Shown: piece after piece, positions 39,983 through 52,000 of the stretch
Layout: every line of letters starts with the position of its first letter
How positions within the stretch are numbered: position 1 is the first letter of the stretch
Assembly: GCA_964199315.1 (NCBI GenBank)
Contig: OZ116711.1
Span: forward strand, 23,002,001-23,066,000
Reading direction: 5' to 3'
Length of the DNA stretch: 64,000 nt
Source of the DNA: Orbicella franksi
Taxonomy: Eukaryota
The notes under the pieces: model-generated
The model's input: only the letters and a program-made list of their open reading frames with translations
Database searches by the model: none
Told to the model about the DNA's origin: nothing
Made by a program: the position numbers and the translations under genes

Positions 39983-41882
39983 ATGACTTCTCTGAGCTGC
40001 TTCGCCGTACTTTTATGCGTGGCAATAAGCCATTTATCCACTCCTGTGTCATCCCAAGATCATTATCCGCCGGGTTGGTGGGACGCTCCGAGCTCCTTAG
40101 ATGACTTCCCTGTGGAACAGATAGATAACAAAACCATGATAATCGTCAATCCCTGGGATTATCTACAGAGAATGGGAATTTTCAAGTTAATGGTGCAGAC
40201 TACCCAGGGGTATTTCAAATCCTGGGGATATAATAACACTGGGAACCTCCTCTGGGGGCTGCCGCTCCAGTTCGGATGGCAAATGACTTCTGGTCGACTC
40301 CGCGATATGGCTGAAACCCAGGGATGCAACGCCAAGAGCCACTGTGTGTCGCCAAACAGTTGGTGGGCTGATATGAATTACTACCTCTCTGTCCTACCGT
40401 TCCTCGGGGCTTTAAATGCTGGTATATTCTCTCCTCTGGAGTATCCTATGTACATTACCCCACCGGTTAATGTGAGCGACAAAGTCAAACAGAAGTTCTG
40501 TACCAGTATTCCAGAATGTTCGATGAATCACCCCGAGGTTATTCGCGACTGGACCGAGTTCTTCGAGCGAGTTGATTCTTTTCAGCATTCGTCCTCGCGC
40601 TTTGATCCTGATAAAGATGTTATAGTAGCATTGCTGTGGAAAGCACACACAACATCAATACTAAGAGGTGAGTAAAGTTCACAAAGCGTTGAGGGCGCGG
40701 TGGCCTCATGGTTAGTGGTCTCGTCTCCGGATCGCCTGACCGGAAACTTTGTGCTGTGTTCTTGGGCGAGGCACTTTACTCTCACAGTGCCTCTCTCTGC
40801 CCAGGTGTATAAATGGGTACTCGCGAATTTAATGCTGGGGGTAAACCTGCGATGGACTAGCATCCCGTCCACGGGGGAGTAGAAATATTGACTTAGTCAC
40901 TTCATGCTACAGAAACTGAGGATAAGCTCTGTCCTGATGGGCCACTTGGCTCGTATGCAGACTTTAATGCTCACAAAGCGACGCTGAAACAAATTTAACT
41001 AACTGCAATCGCCTGCAGTAGCGGGTTCATCTGTAAATGTCAAGATTACAATAAAACATCCCTTTATTTTGTTATTTTAAGGCGGAAGTATAGCGAAATA
41101 GCGGCCTACTCTGAGTCCTAACGTCGCCATTGGAGTTAATTTCAGGTGTTAAAATGGGCGATTTTTCCATCGGACATTTAGCGTTTTAAGAACCCAGAAC
41201 AAGCCTACTGAATTCGTACGCTTTTTCTGGGGAGAAACATAAGACATTTTCAGTTGTTTGTTTGTTTGTTTGTTTGTTTGTTGCGCAAGGCGTCTAATTC
41301 AGTCGCAGAATGACATGGATGTGATCGGGTCGACAAGATATAGAGAACAGGTTGAAATCTCTTTGTATGAAGCCTAAGCATTACTACAAAAAACTACCAA
41401 GTAAACGCTGGTAAAATTTCACTTTCTTAGTTGATGTAATCTTTTCGTTCTTTCTTTTTTTTTCAGCACAACCTCTTTTCACCCAGGAGGTCAACCTATT
41501 ATCATTGCCTGAAAGGAAGTTCGGGGTGGGCTGGGCCCTACTTGTAGAATTTATCGCAGCTACACACTTTCAAACAAATCTCAATAACACCGCTGAACAG
41601 CAGATAGCGTTACCGCCCAGAATCTTGAAAAGCGATGACAGAGTTCCTTTTATCCCAGATTTCACTCAAGCACAAAATCGTGCTCTATTGGCGATCAATT
41701 TTTTTCACAGTACAGATTTCGACACAGAGGGGCTGTTGCTGAAGTTCTGGCGTAGAGCTATGTGCTCTCCAAAGGGGCGCGCTATTGGCAGGGACCTCCT
41801 GGAGAACCTCATAGACAATCCTTGGATCATTCCCAAAAAGCTCTTTAAACTCCTTTGGGGCTTGCTGATATACCCCTGCTAA
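39983..41882 (+). CDS. LEG1: LEG1 (liver-enriched gene 1 / C6orf58) homolog, secreted, 2 coding exons, 366 aa
   Basis: Exons 39983-40667 and 41467-41882 join in frame. Signal peptide MTSLSCFAVLLCVAISHLSTPVSS. LEG1 motifs IVNPWDYLQRMGIFK, NLLWGLPLQFGWQMTSGRL, SWWADMNYYLSVLPFL, LWKAHT, PPRILKSDDRVPFIPDFT. Confidence 0.93.
40690..40947 (+). mobile_element. SINE family B, copy 3 (in LEG1 intron)
   Basis: tRNA-like 5' end gggcgcggtggcctcatggttag, central gcactttactctcacagtgcctctctctgcccaggtgtataaatgggtac, 3' tail gctcgtatgcagacttta. Confidence 0.8.
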
Positions 41883-42620
41883 ACCCCGCTAGGGCCCTCG
41901 CCAGGTATAAGATTTTGGTCCCACTGCTGACACTGTTGACTGTCTCTCAAAAGGAGTGCTAATGATGGAAGAATGAGATAGTGAACCTCAAAGTGGTGTT
42001 TTCAATGCTTAGCTGATCTGGAGTTTTAAACAGGCTTCTTCCTCTCTCTGTCACGCAACGCCCGTACCGTAGGCTTTGGAGCACAGCGAACGAGTGTGCT
42101 GTGCTACCACTGTAAGACGTTTTAAACGCGTTTATCCGATCTCTTTTCAAAAGCAAAATATGCAAAAGTTACTAGAAGGAGCTAGATGGTCTGCAAATGC
42201 CTAATACGCCTTGTGTTGTGTTCTTAAGCGGTGGGGGGGGGGGGGGGGAGGAGGGGCAGTAACTTGTGATGAGCTAACATCTCTTTCAGGGGGGATTAGC
42301 ATCACGCCTAGATTAAGACCACAACCACTCAAATCACATTTTTTAAAACACAGAGCATCATACTAACAACCCCGTTTTGAGGCAAAACTACTCTTGGGTA
42401 TATTCTAGCTCATTCTGACACTAACGTAAAAATGACACTACCGGAGCGATAATAACAATGTAGGGAACAATAGAAGTCTATATCAGGATATCAGACTGCA
42501 GTTGTGATCTATTCCAGAAACCTTGATTCAGCTCGGCAGTGACCCATATTGACCCGTTTTACTGGACACTGCAACCCTGCTCATCCTCATCCTATTTTTT
42601 TTTTTAATTTTGCTTTTTTT

Positions 42621-43694
42621 TTATCTGATTAGAGAAACTTTTTTCCGATTCATAGCTCCTAGACGAGAATTTCTAGTCTCTCTTTGCAAAAGTCTGCTGG
42701 GGAACTCTGAATACTTGCGAGACGATGTGGCGAGCTGAGGTCTGCGATCAGCTACAGTAACCGCCGGTCTGTTGTCAAACAGAACGTACTGACTAAAGAT
42801 GGCGTGTAGGTCTGGTGTGAGCGTTCGAGCCACTGCAGGAATACTACTCTGTCTGCTGCTATAGGCAGAGGAAGCGCTAGTGACGCGTGTGTTTTCCAGC
42901 TGGTTATCAGCGTCAAGCTCGGGGTGAGAAGGAGTCCACATCTTCGCCAGTCCGATCTTTCGAGTCACCGCGGGTTCACTGCGAGTTGTCAGTCGCGAAA
43001 TGGCTCGCGCATCCACGCGCGGAGAAGTAGACACCTTACTGGCGTGACCCAGTTCTAGCGAGGTCTTTGGACGAATTCGATCCTCCATCTTCTGAGCGTT
43101 CTTTTCGATTTTCTCTTTGTCCAAGTTTCTTTTCGTTTTCTTCGCCCATTCTTTGTCGCTTAAGAAAAACTCCGTGTCTCGAACACAGTCTGAAGCGTTG
43201 GCCTCTGTTTTAAGAATTGTAGCGCATTCGCCATTAGCCATTTTGGCAGCTAATAAATAAGCCGAGAAGCCTTTCTTGTTTCTCAGGTCCACACTGAGCC
43301 TGTATTTAAGCAACACATGCAATATTTCACGCAGAGTAGGTACATTGCCTGACATGGCGGCATACATAAGTGGAGTATTGCCTTCTTTATCAGCCTTGTT
43401 GACGTCACAGTCATCATCTATTAGTAGTTTAACAAGCTTACAATGGCCATGCTGGCAAGCATAAGACAAGGCTGTCCTTCCCTGGTGATCCACACACCCC
43501 ACGCCGGCGCCGCGGCTTAACAAGAGTCGAGCAATCCGCGTAGCTAAGGTGTCTTTGGATGCGCAAGCAGCCATCATAAGCGGAGTACGACCTTGGTCAT
43601 CGACTATTTTTGGATTAACACCAATATCCAACAACAGACGAATCTGGTGAAGCCTTCCTGAGCACACGGCTTGGTGAAGACAAGACAAAGACAT
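42621..43694 (-). CDS. Ankyrin-repeat protein, ANKRD63/ANKRD34-like, intronless, 357 aa
   Basis: Single ORF with about 5 N-terminal ankyrin repeats (QGRTPLMMAA, QGRTALSYACQHGH, EGNTPLMYAAMSGN, KGFSAYLLAA) and a Ser/Arg-rich disordered C-terminus. Confidence 0.88.
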   Translation of the reverse strand: MSLSCLHQAVCSGRLHQIRLLLDIGVNPKIVDDQGRTPLMMAACASKDTLATRIARLLLSRGAGVGCVDHQGRTALSYACQHGHCKLVKLLIDDDCDVNKADKEGNTPLMYAAMSGNVPTLREILHVLLKYRLSVDLRNKKGFSAYLLAAKMANGECATILKTEANASDCVRDTEFFLSDKEWAKKTKRNLDKEKIEKNAQKMEDRIRPKTSLELGHASKVSTSPRVDARAISRLTTRSEPAVTRKIGLAKMWTPSHPELDADNQLENTRVTSASSAYSSRQSSIPAVARTLTPDLHAIFSQYVLFDNRPAVTVADRRPQLATSSRKYSEFPSRLLQRETRNSRLGAMNRKKVSLIR

Positions 43695-46600
43695 CGTTCA
43701 TAAAAACATCGACAAAAGGTGTAATCAAGAATGATCAAATGTAAGATGATGTCTCTAAGAATCTCCTGACGACAATCGCATTTTCTGATCCTTTTCCCCC
43801 CACTTGTCCGTTAAAGACGTCCTTGTGTCGGACAAAGCCAGAACCTAACGGTGGCTCAAGGTGAAAATTTCATTCCTTGACTAAAATATCACTAGGAGTC
43901 AATAAGCGAAATCTTTGTTTTCAATGGCAACAGACAGTTTATAATGATATGGTATTGACCTCATACACAAGTCATTCAGACTCCCCTGGGAACAAAAGCC
44001 ACTCAATAATCACAGTCTAATTACCCTTCTGCTGAATGGAATAACAAACAACGATTTCAAAAGCCTTGGATTAGGTTAGCTTTGTGCTCAGCCAAGTACG
44101 AAGTTGCGCATCATGGCACCAAATGAAATTACATATAAACACTGGCAGTGTGTTGTTCGTTCTTCTAAACTTTTATTCACAAAAGTTAACAAACCAAGCC
44201 TCAGTCCAATGTCACATTAATGTCTTATGGAGGAGGTATATTGATATTGCTCTTGAGAAACAAATGAACCGAAGTGAAGACAGAGCCATTATCATGGTTA
44301 TAAACAGAACAGGATCGAGCCCAGACATGAATTAAGCCACGTTTGACTGGGCAAGGTATTATTTATCGACCTTTGTGACGGTAATTCTTTTCTTCCATTT
44401 CGAAGTCAGTCAAGGTTAACATGTAAAAACGAAGTAACACTCGGACTTCTCGGTCTAGTGTGTAACTTCACGTGAAACGCCGATTAGGTAAATAACAACC
44501 GCACACTTGACATTCGAAATAGAACGAATTTTTCTCAATTTAATATTGATCTCGAATTCATTTTTAAACAAAGAAATTAAAGCGAGCAAAGTAAACAAAG
44601 TTCAGTTATCTCTGTAAATACAAGTCATTGTTGATTTAAGCCGCACGATATTGGCAAACCCTACTTTTTCCGTGTGGCGCCAATATTTCCATGAACAAGA
44701 GCGTCCTGGTGGTCAATAAGTGATTTATCACATGGCTAAATGGCGCAAGGATAGAATCAACCAAATGGTGCCCATTACAGTTTACATCAAATCCCGGAAT
44801 AAAATCCCACTTATTGTTACTTGAACAGAGAGAAGTTAGGAGAGCATTGAAAAACGCATGCGCAAAAAAGGCATTCACCCATCTCCATTTCCTCCCTCTT
44901 TCCCTCTCAAATTCCATCTGTGGCGACTTAGTTTAGTCTTGCACTCCTTCTAACCTCCCTTCCCCCATCCATGCCTCCTTCTCCCCCCCCCCCCCCCACA
45001 TCCTTTCCTCCTCCCCTCTCTCTTTCCATTCATCCCTCCTTGCCTCCACTTTTAAAAGTGGGAGTTTGATTTATTTGTGTACTTTTTCACGGCTTTATTC
45101 ATGTCTTCCGCCGTTTCTTCGATTAACAGGTGGACGGAGCAGGAGGATAGAGGGGCGAGTTTTCACAGTTAATGCTTTTTACGTTCCGATTTAACGTTGC
45201 CCACCCAGAAATGACAACACGTATCTCGTGTCAAAATGATATTTTATTTAGGAACATTAAAAGTTCAAAATACCATGGCAAAAGTACCGTCCTCTAGACT
45301 TCATTGGCTTATTTCCATTTGTTGGTGTAACTGATTTCTTGCTTCTGAAATAGAAAAAAAAAATGCAACATGGAAGTTACGAAGGGTACAAATAGCACCA
45401 CTCGGTGAACAGTGCTTTGGTAGCTAGTAGCAAATCAGCTTACCGTTCCACTTTCTCCTTAAAGTAAATATCTTAATTGACCACTCTCCCGATGGGGCTT
45501 TTCAGGGCCTATGAAACCAAATGATGAAAAAAATAATGCAACTTCGCGTTCTCTCATATAAATTGCTTCCACCCATCCCAATTTCAACAGGAAAATTCAT
45601 GAGGACAAGGTTGGGTCTTCTTACGGACGGCGGTCGTCACGCAACTCTAGTTAAACCATTGCGTGATGACTCAAATTAACAGCGTGACGCAAAGGTTCCC
45701 GACTCCAAGTCATTTCAATCTTCAAAATTAATTAATGAATTAATTAAGCTGGTAGGAGTCAATGAGGTCTTGGTTAGGGCTTCAATTTCATGCGGGTGTT
45801 GGATCTTATAGCCATTAACTCTGACCCATGGTAGCCCAGTGTATATAGACCCCAAGGTCTGGCCATTTTTCTTCGTGTTCCCCTTCAGAGAACAGTGCCA
45901 TTGGCAACGATTATTCTTGGACATAAGATGGCTAGAAGGAGACTATACATTCAGGAATAGGACTATAGTATAACTTGATGTTAGGTGAGCGGTGAGCAGG
46001 GTCATTTTTACCTCAGCACTCCCCCCTCCCCCCCCCCCTTTCAATCCTCTATCGTTCTTACCACTATGAATGCTGTAGTCATTGGTATGTACTTTATGTA
46101 TGTACTTCAGCATGTGACCTACTTTCCAGGTGTCTCTATTTTATTCAATTGTGCGGTCATTCTCTTCAGGATAAGTAACAGTTTGTCAAAACCGTGCCAA
46201 CTACATGAATTAGAGTTAAACCTGGGAAAAAGTCGTACAAAAGCACAAGCAAAAGTTCTGGAAAATGTCAATTAAAAAATTCTGTCCAGGGGTTCAGAGA
46301 CACCTTAAATTTCGAAAATTTAAGGTGGCTCTGAACCCACTCAACAGGCATCTTCTCATGCTTATTACAATTCTATAATTAAAAAAATTAGGATCCCCAA
46401 TCTTGTTTTTGAGATATAAGCACTTAAAGCTAAAATTAAGGGTGTTTTTAACAGGTTCTGCTGTTGCTATGGTAACCAATTTTGCCATGAAGATTTTACC
46501 AAGGGCTAGGCATTTATTTTATACCAATTTTGTAGCATCACTTGATAAACAGAGGTAGTATTCATCTGTCAAAGAATTGCTGTTGGTTAAGTCCTAGAAA

Positions 46601-49047
46601 TTATTGTCAGCCTCGTAAGTGTTTTCATGAGTAGGGAGAAATTACACATTACTGCTGTCACTGCCCCCCGCTTCAGCTGTTCTAATAAAAAACTCTATTT
46701 TCTTTTTTGTGCAAAATTTCTAGAGTTTTGTGCTAGAAGATGGTGTTTGATTAATTGATGCATCCCAGGAAGCACAAATCTGACATCAGTGGTAATATTA
46801 GGGTGGGGAGTTTGAAACCATATGTGAGGGAAAGCAGGTATTCAAGGGCGATTCTTGTTCTTTTCCACAATTTATTTTTCCCATGCGTGTCCACGGGGTT
46901 GGGGCATTTGAACACCACCACCAAGGAGATAAGGATTTGAGCAACTGAACATTCAAAATGTCTAATGCCCAGGGTGTTGAACTGGGGGGGAGTGGGGGAT
47001 TTTGAAAGGGTTTCGTATGAGATAAAGATGGCCTGAAAACTGTACATTTTTTCCCAATTCCCATCTCTATTACACAAGTGACGTGAAGGACACCTCATTT
47101 GTTTAGAATTCAAAATACATATATTTCCTCCCCTGGCATACATAGCGTCATGTAGAATAAGTACACAAATGAACGGAGCATTTGTTGCATGACCAAATCT
47201 ATTTTGCCATTTAAAAATTGTGGTGGAATTGTGACTTTCATACTTCTAAAATGACAGGATACATAAGGGAGGCAATAACAAATGTTGAAAGTTTTACAAT
47301 GAGATATGATGGAGGAATACAGCTGTGCCTGGCACTGGTACCATCATCACATAATTACCATCAAATTAATAATTTTTTTCTAAAATTATAAACAGATAGC
47401 TATGACAAAAAAAAAATTCAAAAAAATAAGCTAATGGGGCCATGGCACCATTTTCAAAGTAAAATTGTTTGGACCAAATATGAGATTTTGTGGTTGAATG
47501 AATGCTGGAAAACCAAGAATCTGCATGGACAAAGATAGTTTAAACTAATGAGTCATTTGAAAAGGGAGAGGAAGGGAGAAGGTACCTACATTACTTTCAT
47601 GTATCTTCCCAAAATTTGAGGTGGCAACCACATCTGCACATGCAAACACGTTCTTTAATTAAAAAGTAGAATCACTATATTCATTGCTCATATCTGACAC
47701 ATACAAAGAAATAGTATCTTAACTGCTGCTAAGCCTTCAAGTTTAAAAGACTGTTAGAGCAATCTGGAGGGCTGCAAAACTGAAATCAGTTCTAGCTCAC
47801 TGCTACAACATCTTTTAATCATTGACATGTGTTTAAAAATGACAACTCAGTTATCACAACTGACTGAACTCTAAAGGACATTGGATTTTCACTTTAAACA
47901 TTTGCAAATAACATTACATGTACATCTACATGTTCCTGTATTTTAAGATTGATCAGTGATTTTTAATGCAAGTTGTCAAAAGAATGTATCAAAACCAACT
48001 ACCACTATCACACTCATAAAGGCTATGATCACACGTCTGACCATCTTGCCTTCTCTACAAAAAACCTCATTATAACCAGTAATACATGAGTGCTGAGTAA
48101 TGAGAGTGATCTTATGACAAAAAGCAGCTCAGCTCTTCATTGAGTTGAGACTTATTATAAAACTGAATTTTCAGCTTCCCCAGTGCTATGAGACTGCTAA
48201 GAGACTGCTAAGAGCTACAAACTATGGCAAATATGGGCACCAACCTACAATTTATAGCCACTTATCTAAATGTCTACAATCCATACATGTTATTAATACT
48301 GAAAACTCCCAACAATGACCAGTTTATTCTGTCCAAGCACAGCCATTGTCAAAAGGTTTTACTGTAGTATTCCCAATGACTGATCGACTAGTTTTTCATG
48401 GTTTTCAAACTAAGGTGAAAATATATGTTCCAGATATTAACTTCTATCAGAATTTTTCCACATGATGATAATTGTTTAAAGAATGGACATAAGGCTGCAC
48501 GATACTATTAAAACATGACTTGTTACATAATCTTCTATGACTCGATACAATCTAGGTGACATTTCAAACCAATAGCTTAACTGGCTTTGTAATCTGTAGT
48601 GAATCTTGGGCATACGTTCATCTCTTCTCATCGCACTCATCGGTGCATGAGGCAAATGTAAGTTGGTGCTTGAAAATATCACGTGATAAAGTTCTACTTA
48701 ATTTAGAACTCATGAATCTTCCATATTTACATGTGCCACCTTTACAACAACAATTACTTTACTTAAACAAACATTGCAATAAAAATACAACTTAAGAAAA
48801 GGCATTAATAAAATGCCTTACTGATGATGTAAACATGAACAATGGTGTTACAAAATTCATAAGTCAGAAATATTGTTATTGTCACTTATCCTTGAATTAC
48901 TGGGTTAAAAAAAAACATGCGCATGATCTCTGGTTTAGTTACATGATCTCTCAGCTGATACATGTAGATGATAACAATAATATTTGACAAGTCACCAAGC
49001 ACTAAATTCATATCACCACACCACACAAAGATCATCCTTATGAGACG

Positions 49048-52000
49048 TTAATATCGCAGTCGTTTGCTGTTGTCATAGTAACTGGGAGGTCCCTGCTGGC
49101 CATAGATTCCAGTATCACCTTCTGCAGCCCTCTTTTGACTGAGCTGCTGTTGAGCGCCTGGTGCAACCTTCAATGACACAACATCACATCCATTACTACC
49201 ATATTACTACAATAGAACTGCCACAGTTGCACAGGGCTACAAGAAAACACTGCACCCTTGGCACAAAGTGAATGCCTATAACCACATGCAAGTTAAAAGA
49301 ATGTAAGTTCATTTGTCTTCTACCATACCATTTGTCAACTCAAAAATCTTCACACCCAAAATTCTTCCCTGTTATGGTTTGTTTAGACCACAAAATGTGG
49401 TCGAATGTATTCAGCTTGATTTCATTACATGCCACTAGTTAAATGGCTCTGACCTCTGACTGTTAAGAGGCCCTGCGCCTAAGAAACGACCAATGATTTC
49501 CGGCTAAAAAATAAAATCGGCCGATTTTTATCTCCCAAGTAGAGGTTACCGAATACTATTTAAAAATGAATTTCTTTTGTTTTAGTTTCGTTTTAAACCA
49601 AAAATATCGAGCCGCAAACTTTTTCCGTTTGATAGCAGCAAAATCAGGCCGAAAATAAGCCCCCGCTAAAAACTGTTCAGAAATTACTATCGCAACGCAA
49701 AATAATGAGAAAACTACACAGTATTGAAGAAAAAGGCCTTTTAATGCAATATCATTCAATAAACATCAAAAAACTGCCGAAGCGATTAAAAAATAAAGTT
49801 TCAAATATTGCATACTAAATTAGATGGAGCGTTGGAGCTGATTTTAAAATAATTATTTCTCAAAAGTTCAACGCTTTTGAAAGCAATCACAGTGATGAAT
49901 CAGACATTGGAGGGATATACATCATGTTTCTGGAAAAACGTTTTTCGGCTAAAGTATATTGACCTTGTACAAAGCGTTCAAAGTTACCGTGTTTACCGTT
50001 ATCCTGCTACTTCGGCGAAACACTTCTCTTTTGCCAATACAGCTGTGGATAGCGTGTTAAACGCCACTTTAAACCTTGCTAGGCATTCAAAGACCATCCT
50101 AAGTAGAAGGACGTAGAATTAAAAGACAAAGGAAGATGAAAAATACGCAGAAAAAGAAAATAACTCGAAATTACCATCTGCTAACGAAAGTTGAATCTGG
50201 AAAATGTTGTGGCGTGACAGTGGCCATTGACATTATTCGTATAAATAGTGACAGAATCCAAACGAATGCACAAATAGGAAAGCGATTTTTCCCGGCCAGA
50301 AAACGTTTGGTGGAACAATGTTATGTTATTTTTCACAAATGATGGTCACTGAAAAAGAAAAACTTCCCCAACCACCACACCGTTTTGGCCGCAGCGTGAT
50401 CTGAGTTATGGGGTCACGACTGGATCCCTAGCCACTGACCGCCCGAAGGACATTGCAGACTCGTTTTCCCATGCTCTTGCGACTTGACGTGACAAATGAT
50501 GTCAGTGGCCGCTGTCACGCCACAACATTTCCCAGATTCAACTTTCGTTGGCAGATGGTAATTTCGAGTTCTTTTTCTACGTATTTTTCATCTTCCTTTC
50601 TTTCAATTCTACATCCTTCTACTCAGGATGGTCTTTGAATGCCTAGCAAGGTTTAAAGTGGCGTTTACCACGCCATCCACAGCCAAAGTAGTAGGATAAT
50701 GGTAAACACGGTAACTTTGAACGCTTTGTACAAGGTCAATATACTTTGGCCGAAAAACGTTTTTCCAGAAACGTGATGTGTATCCCTCCAATGTCTAATT
50801 CATCACTGTGATTGCTTTCAAAAGCGTTGAACTTTTGAGAAATAATTATTTTAAAATCAGCTCCAACACTCCATCTAATTTAGTATGCAATATTTGAAAC
50901 TTTATTTTTTAATCGCTTCGGCAGTTTTTTGATGTTTATCGAATGATATTGCATTAAAAGGCCGTTTTCTTCAACACTGTGTAGTTTTCTCATTATTTTG
51001 CATTGCGATAGTAATTTCTGAACAGTTTTTTGCGGGGGCTTATTTTCGGCCTGATTTTGCTGCTATCAGACGGAAAAAGTTTGCGGCTCCACATTTTTGG
51101 TTTAAAGCGAAACTGAAACAAAAGAAATTCATTTTTAAATAGTATTCGGCAACCTCTGCTTGGGAGATAAAAATCGACCGATTTTATTTTTTAGCCAGAA
51201 ATCATTGGTCGTTTCTTAGGCGCAGGGCCTCTTAAGCATGTATGGCAGTTGAACTCTGGTTATAAGGGGAAACTCTGGTTGAGACCATACAATGAGATGC
51301 TTAGGAAAGAAAACCAGTAAAAGCTATAAAAGTGCCCTCATCATGGGAGTCAATGCAACACTCTGAAGATGCACACCCCGTGTCCAAAAGAAAGATTCTG
51401 TCACAGTTACACAGGCAATCTCAGCCTGGGCTTAATAATAATGATAATGCTTTATTTATATAGCACTATCACTATCCAATAGTGCTTTACAATGATTTTA
51501 AAACATGTGTAAATTAAAATAACTAAGCTGTCAAAAACAAAGTAAAAACTAGGAAAACCTTACATGTAGTTGGCACTGTCAAAAGCACTTACGACAGTGT
51601 TATCATGAAGGAAAGCTTTTCTTAAAATACATCAATCTTTCTCAGCAAATGTAGCATTGTGTAATACATGTACTACATGTATGTGCAATAGAAGTAAAAC
51701 AATTAAACAGTAGTTTAAAAACAGCTTACTAGTTGTTGCGGCTGTTGACTGTTATATACAACTGGAGGGGCCGAGTGTTGAGGAGCCACACTAGCATTTG
51801 GGTACATCGCCTGATCATTACTGGGTACAGCAACTGAAGGGTAAACTTGCTGAGTGCCACCTGACAAGTCCATTAATGCAGGGTATGTGCCTGGCTGTTG
51901 TAGCTGTGGCTGCTGCTGGAGCTGTTGCGGCTGCTGCTGTTGTGGCTGAGGAAAACAAAACAAACACCATTACAGTCAAACCTCTAATACATGTAACAAT

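Noticed and set aside
49877-50791. Twin ORFs 49877-50116 (+) and 50609-50791 (-) with near-identical peptides
   Set aside because: They are mirror translations of the two arms of the foldback element, with no transposase similarity.
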